This document shows, in pieces, positions 1 to 7,496 of a DNA stretch of 64,000 bases. The stretch lies in IMG/VR virus record IMGVR_UViG_3300046779_001679, positions 18,530-82,529 of that record. One strand, written 5' to 3'. Both the position numbers and the translations under genes were made by a program. Under the pieces are notes generated by a model. That model was not told where the DNA came from. It did not search any database and worked only from the letters and a program-made list of their open reading frames with translations. The first letter of the stretch is position 1, and every line of letters starts with the position of its first letter. This DNA comes from a virus (Duplodnaviria > Caudoviricetes).

Positions 1-2
1 AT

Positions 3-1178
3 CTTTGGCTCGTATAAAGGCTCCTTATCAGTGTAAGTGATTACAAGGTCACAACAATTTGCATAGACAGCAGTTTTGTTATGTCGTAAGCTATTTCCAA
101 TGCTAATAACACTCATAGGTTTCCAGTCGTTTTTTAGCAAAAATTTCGGAATTTTTCCACTTTGAACACCGACAATTTTTGTGTCAGGAGTTAACACACA
201 ATTATATTTCTTTTGACTAATCAGTTGATTAAATTCTTTTCCTTGCTCATCGTTAGCAAGTCTAAAGTAAATTCCTACATTATCAGTGATTCCATTTTTT
301 TCCAAAATTTCACTGATTTTTGCCAATTCTTTGGCAGATTCTTTTGTGCCATATGAATCAAATACTAGCAGCGTTGGAAGACGATTCAATTCGACCAAAC
401 TTTCAAAAATATTGTCCAAAGAAAATTTAGACTTGTCAATCCATACTTTTGTGCTGTATCTGTTGGCAATAATTTCTGTTGTATTTTCCGGTTCTTTTTC
501 AGATTTTTTGGTAAAATACTGGTACCGCACAGACCTGTCTGCAACCAACATAGGATTAGTAACAGAGTCTTCGTTTAATTCTGCTTTTATCTTTTTTAAG
601 AACTGTTCGTGCGTAATGTTGTCAAATGCAAACTTAGATTCAATTTCAGTTTTTGACCAAGATTTGATAATTTCGTAAAATTCCATCAATTTTTCGTCAA
701 CATCAAACCCCAATCCTTTGACACCGTCGATTAAGGCAACAATATTTTTTTCAGTGTAACTTGCGTAGTACAGCTTACCACTTGTTACTTGTACAAGTCC
801 AGACAGCACTTTGTTCATAGCCATAATTTTTTGTCTAATGGCCGTAGAAAACGCAAATTCGATGGCAATAACCGGGCTGCTTTCTTTTTCGAACTCAACG
901 TATATACGCTTAGTCTTGTCAGCTGGTCTGAAAGGCTTTGACCACTTTGGATCGCCTAAACTACTGTCAATGTCTTCAACTAGTTGGGACACAATTTTCT
1001 TGTTTTCGTTAAAAATTTTCACAATTAGTCGACCTTGATTTTCTGTAATAAAGTTAGGACCTGAAATATTCTTGTATAGGCTGGATAAGATACGAACGTC
1101 TCTATGAGCCATAGACTCTTTGAGAGTATCGATATTATTTGTTACCAAGTGCCTGAGGATTTGATCAATTTCTTTCAT
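3..1178 (-). CDS. Hypothetical protein, at least 392 aa, running off the left edge of the window (absent from the ORF track)
   Basis: Checked by hand: stop-free frame from the ATG at 1178 (MKEIDQILRHLVTNN...) to the window edge (...CCDLVITYTDKEPLYEPK). In-frame stop just upstream at 1188-1190. Sits directly downstream of a sigma70-like promoter. Confidence 0.8.
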   Translation of the reverse strand, partial: MKEIDQILRHLVTNNIDTLKESMAHRDVRILSSLYKNISGPNFITENQGRLIVKIFNENKKIVSQLVEDIDSSLGDPKWSKPFRPADKTKRIYVEFEKESSPVIAIEFAFSTAIRQKIMAMNKVLSGLVQVTSGKLYYASYTEKNIVALIDGVKGLGFDVDEKLMEFYEIIKSWSKTEIESKFAFDNITHEQFLKKIKAELNEDSVTNPMLVADRSVRYQYFTKKSEKEPENTTEIIANRYSTKVWIDKSKFSLDNIFESLVELNRLPTLLVFDSYGTKESAKELAKISEILEKNGITDNVGIYFRLANDEQGKEFNQLISQKKYNCVLTPDTKIVGVQSGKIPKFLLKNDWKPMSVISIGNSLRHNKTAVYANCCDLVITYTDKEPLYEPK

Positions 1179-1184
1179 AACAAT

Positions 1185-1213
1185 ATTTTAACATTAGCAA
1201 TAGTACAAGTCAA
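1185..1213 (-). promoter_or_regulatory. Sigma70-like promoter with extended -10, positioned for a leaderless transcript
   Basis: TTGACT (1213-1208), 17-nt spacer ending TGT, TAAAAT (1190-1185), then 6 nt to the ATG at 1178; no Shine-Dalgarno. Confidence 0.75.
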
Positions 1214-1221
1214 CATCTTAG

Positions 1222-1256
1222 AAAAAAATAGGCCTCATAAATATTTAAGGCCTATT
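1222..1256 (-). terminator. Intrinsic terminator downstream of uvsY
   Basis: AATAGGCCT-12 nt loop-AGGCCTATT followed by a T-run on the minus strand. Confidence 0.7.
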
Positions 1257-1278
1257 AGGTAGATTTTGGACAAATTAG

Positions 1279-1734
1279 TTACAACGATGCATCTTCCATA
1301 CCCGCAACACGCAATTTTACAATATTTGTAATTTGCCATTGCTTTTGATCTAATGCTTTAGTAATACCTAACCACTTGTTGCGTAGCAAAGCAAAGTCGT
1401 TGATAATTTTTTCAAAATCAACTACATCTGCTTCGCCTTCAACAAACTTTTCACAGTCTCTACTACTAAGAGCACGTTGATAGTTTTCAAGATACTTTCT
1501 AAAATGCTGGCTTTTCAATCTTCTAAGTTCGATATTTAAATATTCCAAAATTGCTTCAATTTCTTGAAGCTGACTAAATCGTTGCTCCACAATACCAGGC
1601 ATACCTGCCGCTGCTCTTTCTATATTTCCCGTTATACGGCATTCTGTTTTTGCGGCGTCCAGTTCTGCATTGTAATATACCACAGCATCGGGGATATACG
1701 AAATGTCTTTTGCAATCTTACTATACCAGCTCAT
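1279..1734 (-). CDS. uvsY: UvsY-like recombination mediator protein
   Basis: 151-aa all-helical protein (YLENYQRALSSRD.EKFVEGEADV...LRNKWLGITKALDQKQWQI..IVKLRVAGMED); lies downstream of uvsX and gp32 as in T4-like phages. Confidence 0.8.
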   Translation of the reverse strand: MSWYSKIAKDISYIPDAVVYYNAELDAAKTECRITGNIERAAAGMPGIVEQRFSQLQEIEAILEYLNIELRRLKSQHFRKYLENYQRALSSRDCEKFVEGEADVVDFEKIINDFALLRNKWLGITKALDQKQWQITNIVKLRVAGMEDASL

Positions 1735-1967
1735 TAAAAGTCCAGTTCTTTATAATCGTCGTCTTCGTCGCTTGGCTCATCAAGGTAGTAATCAATTGCT
1801 GCATCAAGTGTTCCATCGATGCCCATTGCACTTTGCAATGTGCGATCACTAACACCGTAGTCTGCTAACAAGTCAACATATCTTTCTGCCGCAACTTCTA
1901 ATTGTTTCTTATCGATAAAGTCGCTAAACAATACCCAGATGTCGCCAATTTGTGTTTCACTCAACAT
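1734..1967 (-). CDS. Small acidic hypothetical protein
   Basis: 77-aa ORF overlapping the uvsX stop and the uvsY start, consistent with translational coupling. Confidence 0.7.
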   Translation of the reverse strand: MLSETQIGDIWVLFSDFIDKKQLEVAAERYVDLLADYGVSDRTLQSAMGIDGTLDAAIDYYLDEPSDEDDDYKELDF

Positions 1968-3024
1968 GATCTTCGTTCTCCTCAGGAATGGATGTTTCTG
2001 TCACTTCTGGTTTGATATGAAATTTCTCCATTATCATATCTAATTTATCATCTTTCCATTCTTTTCGGTAGAATTTGAACTCTTCTCCAGTTTCCGGATC
2101 AATCCACTTGAGTCTGTTACCTTCTTGCTTGAGCAAACCTTCTGCTTCAAACAAATCAACAAGACCACTGTAAGGACTCATGCCAGTTGCGTAAGGAATC
2201 TTGACTTGAACACTTTCAAATGGTTTAGCATAACGTGTCTTCATGATTTTACATGCAGCACGAATACCATTTACCTCTGAAGTTTTGTTACCGTCTTCAT
2301 CTTCTTTCAACTTTAACTTACGCATAGCAACTACAATAGAACTTGCGTAGATAAAGCCTTGACCGCCGGAGATTTTGTCATCTGGGTCAAACATATCTTG
2401 TGAAGCATATGTGTGGTTAGTAGCAACTAAACCGATATTCAATGCACCGAACATGTTAACACAGTTACGAACTAGTGCAGTAAGTGCTTTTGGCTTACGA
2501 CCCATGTCGCCTTTTAGATCTCCCGCTTCGAATTGATTAACATCGGTTGGGGTCAAAAGCATACCTAGTGAGTCAATTACAAACAACACTTTTGGTCGAG
2601 CTTCTTCTGGCATTGCTCTGTATTCAGTAACAAACTCGTTAATAGTTTTAGCTACATCATCGATCATTGCCATGTTGAGTTTGAGCAACTTTTCTTCACT
2701 TGTATCTACACCAAGTGCGTGCAACCACTTTTCATCCAATGCATTTTCACTGTCAACTAATACAACGTAAATGCCCTGTTCTTGTGCGGCTTTAACAAGG
2801 TTACCAGAGCAAATATAAGACTTGCCTGCGCCAGATTCGCCTGCAAATACAGTTACTTTACCTAGTGGGACACCTTTTTTAAAGTCTCCGCTAATTAGGT
2901 AATTTAATGCGTAGTTACCTGTACTGATCCAATCAGTTGGATCGCTAAACCCTACACTAAGTCCAGAAATAGACTTAGTTAAGGTTTTTCTAAATTTTGA
3001 TAAATCAAAAGGCTTTGATGCCAT
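1957..3024 (-). CDS. uvsX: RecA/UvsX recombinase (start revised to 3024, MASKPFDLSK)
   Basis: Walker A GESGAGKS, Walker B-like LFVIDSLG, TNHTY and ISGGQGFIYASS motifs; AGGAG Shine-Dalgarno upstream of 3024. Confidence 0.95.
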   Translation of the reverse strand: MASKPFDLSKFRKTLTKSISGLSVGFSDPTDWISTGNYALNYLISGDFKKGVPLGKVTVFAGESGAGKSYICSGNLVKAAQEQGIYVVLVDSENALDEKWLHALGVDTSEEKLLKLNMAMIDDVAKTINEFVTEYRAMPEEARPKVLFVIDSLGMLLTPTDVNQFEAGDLKGDMGRKPKALTALVRNCVNMFGALNIGLVATNHTYASQDMFDPDDKISGGQGFIYASSIVVAMRKLKLKEDEDGNKTSEVNGIRAACKIMKTRYAKPFESVQVKIPYATGMSPYSGLVDLFEAEGLLKQEGNRLKWIDPETGEEFKFYRKEWKDDKLDMIMEKFHIKPEVTETSIPEENEDHVE

Positions 3025-3094
3025 ATTTGTGTTTCTCCTAAAATAGTGATGGCTTGGGCGTAGCACTAGGTGCAAGAGGCCCAAACTGTGTTAA

Positions 3095-4096
3095 TTACTG
3101 CTTTTGACGATTGCGAATCATTGCCAAGATGTCTTGTGCTCGGCTATCGCCACCAGTGCTTGCAGGTGCTGCTTCTGCTTTAGGAGCAGGTGCAGTTTCA
3201 GCTACTGGTGCAGGTGCTGCTTTAGGAGCAGGTGCAGAATACTCTTCAGCATCGTCGTGTGTAACACGAGATACTGTAGTTGTTGCTTTGTTAGGATCAC
3301 CAGTATTTTGTGACATACCTGCTGGCTTGAAGTATTGTCCCCAACGATCCATATCAAATGGTTCGCCTTCGACGCTTGCTTCAAACATTTCCTTGATAAC
3401 CTTTAGTTCGACATCACTTGGCTTCTTAGGCAAGAAGTCTGACAAGTTAAACAGATTATGTTGCTGAATTGCACCAGCTTCTGTTTCGCTTAGTGGACGT
3501 GAACGACGGCTCCAAGTAGAAGTAGAGTAGTCAGCGTAACCGCCTTTGCTACCTTTCTTCATACGGAAGTCAATACCGTTGATGTAATCTGTTGGTAGAT
3601 CTTCGAGTTCTGGATCTAGCAATGCAGATTGGATTAGTTTAAAAATTTGAGGTCCGATAATGAATCGGCGGATTGGGTTTTCTGGTAATTCTTTTTCGCC
3701 AAGTCCGTCTTCTACAACAAACCCTTGGAAAATGTAAGAACGCTTCTTCCAGTACTTACGACCCATATCTTCGAGGCTTGGATCTTTAAACCAGCCGCGG
3801 ACTTCGCTTAGAATTGGGCAAGTCTCGCCATACATTTCCATGCATGGTACTTGAACGATTGTTTCTTTGTTATCGGTTTCACCTTTAACGCCTGCGAATG
3901 GCAATTTAATCATTGCACGTTCGACCCAGAAAAAAGTGTTGTTTTGATTACCGTCTGGTAGGAAGCGTAGGATTGCTTCTTGACCTTCTTTTAAGTTCCA
4001 GAACGGATAAATTGAATTGTCACCGCCTGTACGTTCTCCTGAACCACGTTGTTCAGCTGCCTTTAATTTTGCGCGAATTTCTGCCAAAGATGCCAT
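3095..4096 (-). CDS. gp32: T4 gp32-like single-stranded DNA-binding protein
   Basis: AILRFLP, CP(I)L, MGRKYWKKRSY, GGYADYSTS motifs; low-complexity Ala/Pro linker and C-terminal tail; AGGAG SD. Confidence 0.9.
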   Translation of the reverse strand: MASLAEIRAKLKAAEQRGSGERTGGDNSIYPFWNLKEGQEAILRFLPDGNQNNTFFWVERAMIKLPFAGVKGETDNKETIVQVPCMEMYGETCPILSEVRGWFKDPSLEDMGRKYWKKRSYIFQGFVVEDGLGEKELPENPIRRFIIGPQIFKLIQSALLDPELEDLPTDYINGIDFRMKKGSKGGYADYSTSTWSRRSRPLSETEAGAIQQHNLFNLSDFLPKKPSDVELKVIKEMFEASVEGEPFDMDRWGQYFKPAGMSQNTGDPNKATTTVSRVTHDDAEEYSAPAPKAAPAPVAETAPAPKAEAAPASTGGDSRAQDILAMIRNRQKQ

Positions 4097-4150
4097 AATG
4101 TTTCTCCTATTGTTAGCCTTTGTGTTTTTGCCTTTATGTTCTAACCTTTT

Positions 4151-4188
4151 AGAACAAAAAACGCATACGTATAAGTGTATGCGTTTTT
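4151..4188 (-). terminator. Perfect 12-bp inverted repeat; terminator-like hairpin upstream of gp32
   Basis: AAAAACGCATAC (4157-4168) / GTATGCGTTTTT (4177-4188), followed by TTTTTTGTT on the minus strand. Confidence 0.6.
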
Positions 4189-4193
4189 ATTTA
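4188..4193 (-). promoter_or_regulatory. Late-promoter box TAAATA upstream of gp32
   Basis: GATAAATA on the minus strand, same motif as upstream of the structural genes. Confidence 0.5.
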
Positions 4194-4239
4194 TCATTAC
4201 AAGGCAAATGGTGCCTTAATTATGATGTTGTTTTACCAA

Positions 4240-5325
4240 TTATCTATGATGAATTAAACTAACAATTCTCTGTAGCTCATCATAGCCAGTGCTCTCTTCC
4301 ATGTCACGTCTGTCTGCATTTGCTACACCTTGTTGAACTGGTGCTGCTGGTGCTGCTGGTGCTGTACTGCCTAACTTAGCTTGTAATCTAGCAACATAGT
4401 CCTTGTTAGCTTGCAATGTCATGTTGTTGCCTTTAGAGAACCTATCAATCTCTGCCTGAATCTTTGCAGCATTCGGATTTGCTGGTGCTGCTGGTGCTGC
4501 TGCCGGTGCTGCTGGTGTAGCTGCCTGGCCTGCAGGTTGATTTAATGGGTTACTAGGATCTTTTCCTTGTGCTGCTGCAACTGTAGGACCTTTTAGACCT
4601 GTGCCTGGTGCTGCACCTACGTTAGGAACTTTTGGAGTAGCTGCTGCTTTTAATTCTGCTGCTGTTGGTCCGCCTTGACTGCCACGGCCTGCTCCTGCCC
4701 CTGATGGTGTTGCGCCTTGTCCGCCAGCAGCTTGTGGGAATTGTTTCATAGCTGCTTGAGTCATTGGTCCCATAACACCGTCTGCGGTAATCTTTGCGCC
4801 AGCTGCAATTAATTTCTTTTGTAAATCTAACACACTCGGGTCAGGCTTTCTTGCTGGTTTTGCTGGTGTAGCTGCTTGCTGAGTAGGAGCAGCTTGTGGC
4901 GTAACAGGTAAACCGTTTTCTGGATTGATCATTTGGCCAGTAACTGGATCTTTCATAGAAACCATTTGCCCAGTAGCTGGATCAACTCCATTTGCTCTTT
5001 GTGTTGCTGCTGCGTCACTTGCTTTATCCATTTCATTTCTATCATCAGCTGGTGCTGCTGCTGGTGTAGCTGCTGGTGCTGCTGCCGGTGCTGCTGGTGC
5101 TGCTGGAAAGCCTAGTTGTTTTGCTAGTGCTTGATCTTGAGGATTTGTAAAGTGCGTTACTGGTGGTTTAGCGCCAGGCATTCTAGAAAGAATATACGGA
5201 TCTTGTTGATTTGCGCCGCCCAGCCATTTAGCTTGTTCAGCATCCGGAGTCCATGCAGGAGCATCAGCCTCTGCTAACATACTCTTTTCTGTAACTATTT
5301 TGATATAATCGCGGATTGATGACAT
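4240..5325 (-). CDS. Ala/Pro-rich protein with a PGBD-like peptidoglycan-binding motif (start revised to 5325)
   Basis: SVLDLQKKL...ADGVMGPMTQAAMKQF (about 4738-4843) matches the PG_binding_1 pattern; the rest is mostly AAP-type low complexity. Confidence 0.7.
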   Translation of the reverse strand: MSSIRDYIKIVTEKSMLAEADAPAWTPDAEQAKWLGGANQQDPYILSRMPGAKPPVTHFTNPQDQALAKQLGFPAAPAAPAAAPAATPAAAPADDRNEMDKASDAAATQRANGVDPATGQMVSMKDPVTGQMINPENGLPVTPQAAPTQQAATPAKPARKPDPSVLDLQKKLIAAGAKITADGVMGPMTQAAMKQFPQAAGGQGATPSGAGAGRGSQGGPTAAELKAAATPKVPNVGAAPGTGLKGPTVAAAQGKDPSNPLNQPAGQAATPAAPAAAPAAPANPNAAKIQAEIDRFSKGNNMTLQANKDYVARLQAKLGSTAPAAPAAPVQQGVANADRRDMEESTGYDELQRIVSLIHHR

Positions 5326-5326
5326 G

Positions 5327-7486
5327 TTATTTCCCAAAGTTAATTTTTTTCATAAGGTCTTTAATTTGGTCTGCTGAAGATTTACTTTCGGCAAAACTTA
5401 CTTTAATACCTTTTAGCATATTTTCTAATCCGCTAGCTTTATCGTCGTGATGAACTTCTGGCTCAGGAGCACTACGTTGTACACCGGCTAATTTTAAAAT
5501 ATGAGATTGTTCTTGATCTTGTGGCTCTGTGCTAGGATCCTTTGCATCGATTAACTTAAAGACTTTAATTAGATCAGATGCTGGGCAATCACCAAACTCG
5601 CCTTCTTCCCAAGCCTTCTTTAACTTGATCTTCATGCGTGTTCCTCCAATAGTAAAGTTGCCTTCACTTAATTGGTTGTTGCCTTCTTTATTATAGAATC
5701 CAGAAATATATTTTAGCATTGCTGGAATGCCAGCTTCTTGAGGTTCACTACCTTCTTCGTCGCTGAATCCAACTGATTGCGGATCACAACCACATTCGTC
5801 AATAATTTCAGCAATGGTCTTAACACCGTAACCAAAATCTAATGCTGTTTCTAATGTTGCTCCTGCTGCCTTTGCTTTTCTTAGAGCGTTCATTATGCTT
5901 TCTGCCATTGGCGCTGCTGGCGCAGGAGTTGCCGGTGCAGGGGGAATTTCTTCAGGAGCTGCTGGAGGAATTTCTGAAGCTGGCGGTACTGCTGCTGGTT
6001 CTGCCGGCGGAACTTCTGGAGCAGGTGCCGGAGCCTCTACTTCAGCTTCTGGTTGAGGAGTTGTTTCACCTTCGCCACCAAAGTGGATTAATGCTAATGT
6101 TTCAGCAGCGTTCCCTGGAAACTTGTCTTTGTTAGCAATTAACCATTGTTGAATAACTGGTCTAACATCTAAATTAGGATCTAAATCTGTGAGTCCGTTA
6201 ATAAAATCCGGATCATCGATTAGTCCTTTAAGGCTTTCTACGGCATTGATACCACCTGGGCCACCTTGCAATTCTTTTTCTAAAATCTTGTTTAGCTTGT
6301 CAATTGCTCTTAATTTGGCAGACTTGTTAGGACTAAAAATTTCGTCTTTGTCTTCGTTAACAATGCTATCCATAAACGATTCAAATTCTAGTTCCGGAGC
6401 AAATGACTCAGTGTATCCGTTTTCTTGTTTACTATCTTCTACTTGATCTTCGTCTAGCAAATCGTCAACTGATAACTCAGTAACAGGCAAATCGCCTTCG
6501 TTGACAAACTTGTAAATGTATGGAAAAACTGATTTTAATTCTTCATTAAATGTACGAATAGTTAAACGATCAACTAAATCATCAACTACTGACTCTGGAA
6601 TTTGTTCTTGTTCTGTTTCTTCAAAAGATTCTGCAAACTGCGAGTAGTAGTTTGTCTTTTGTAGATTGTGTAATTCTTTCTTAATAGACTCAATACGTTC
6701 TGCAACTCTCATTGTTACAGTGCCCATTGCTTCACTAATTTGTGTTTGGCGCATTACGTAACCTTTGAATTTACGTAAGCCTGCTAATTCTTCACTTAGG
6801 CTAACAATATGTTTACCGATGCTGTCGTATGGAATACCACCAGCTTTAATGTGTTCAGCTAATGCACGAGCGCCGCTTAGGTGCTTAAACGGATATTTAA
6901 ATCTTTCACCTTCTGCATTTTCAATGTAAATGCTTTCGATGTGCATTGTACGACCTGCTGGTAGATCAATATTAACTGGCTGAGTGTGTTTAATGATTAA
7001 ACGTGCTTCGCCTAGATCTTGATAACTCATTCTTGAATTACCGTAAAGTTTACTTTCCATAACTGGTTGCATTGGCATAACTGGTTCTTCCTTGCGCTTC
7101 GCCTGGAACATGTAATCTCTCTTGTCCAAGTTACTTTTTCCGATGTTGTCTACTTTATAACTTAGAAGTCTATCTCTAGCAAACTTTCTAAAACTACGGA
7201 TGAATTTATATGCTCCGTGGTGCGTTGTTTCATTGTCATCGTCAACTAAGTCACCGCTTACTTGTACAACAATACCAACTTGATCGTCTACTACGCCTAA
7301 ATTAATAGAGATAGATCCTAGGCTTTCACCACCTTCAACGTATTCAAACTCAAAGAAGCGAGCCTTAGGAATATCTTCTTTACGGGATAACGGAGCCGCG
7401 TGTTCATCACCGATTTTAATGTCTTGAAAACGGGTTTGTATCTTACCGTAAAGGTCTTTAGCAATATTATCTAAATTAATGTCCAT
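5327..7486 (-). CDS. Large acidic hypothetical protein next to the terminase (719 aa; start revised to 7486)
   Basis: ATG lies 4 nt after a TAAATA box; Glu/Asp-rich, with a Pro/Glu/Ala linker and a C-terminal ILKLAG motif. Confidence 0.8.
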   Translation of the reverse strand: MDINLDNIAKDLYGKIQTRFQDIKIGDEHAAPLSRKEDIPKARFFEFEYVEGGESLGSISINLGVVDDQVGIVVQVSGDLVDDDNETTHHGAYKFIRSFRKFARDRLLSYKVDNIGKSNLDKRDYMFQAKRKEEPVMPMQPVMESKLYGNSRMSYQDLGEARLIIKHTQPVNIDLPAGRTMHIESIYIENAEGERFKYPFKHLSGARALAEHIKAGGIPYDSIGKHIVSLSEELAGLRKFKGYVMRQTQISEAMGTVTMRVAERIESIKKELHNLQKTNYYSQFAESFEETEQEQIPESVVDDLVDRLTIRTFNEELKSVFPYIYKFVNEGDLPVTELSVDDLLDEDQVEDSKQENGYTESFAPELEFESFMDSIVNEDKDEIFSPNKSAKLRAIDKLNKILEKELQGGPGGINAVESLKGLIDDPDFINGLTDLDPNLDVRPVIQQWLIANKDKFPGNAAETLALIHFGGEGETTPQPEAEVEAPAPAPEVPPAEPAAVPPASEIPPAAPEEIPPAPATPAPAAPMAESIMNALRKAKAAGATLETALDFGYGVKTIAEIIDECGCDPQSVGFSDEEGSEPQEAGIPAMLKYISGFYNKEGNNQLSEGNFTIGGTRMKIKLKKAWEEGEFGDCPASDLIKVFKLIDAKDPSTEPQDQEQSHILKLAGVQRSAPEPEVHHDDKASGLENMLKGIKVSFAESKSSADQIKDLMKKINFGK

Positions 7487-7490
7487 GTTA

Positions 7491-7496
7491 TATTTA
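7491..7496 (-). promoter_or_regulatory. Late-promoter box TAAATA (leaderless placement)
   Basis: Terminase stop TGA, then TAAATA, TAAC, ATG. Confidence 0.6.

Noticed and set aside
286-1038. Plus-strand ORFs 286-678 and 811-1038
   Set aside because: Antisense shadows of the 392-codon minus-strand frame, which has a good promoter; no SD or motifs of their own.
4240-5130. GCTGGT/GCTGCT short tandem repeats as a CRISPR or regulatory array
   Set aside because: They are in-frame Ala/Pro codon repeats with no repeat-spacer structure. No CRISPR array or tRNA gene was recognised anywhere in the window.
3104-6446. Cys- or Ala-rich plus-strand ORFs (3104-3313, 3111-3467, 4925-5134, 4933-5115, 5842-6135 and others)
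   Set aside because: Produced by the reverse complement of GCA/CCA-rich low-complexity codons in real minus-strand genes; the apparent CCWCC peptides are not RiPP precursors.
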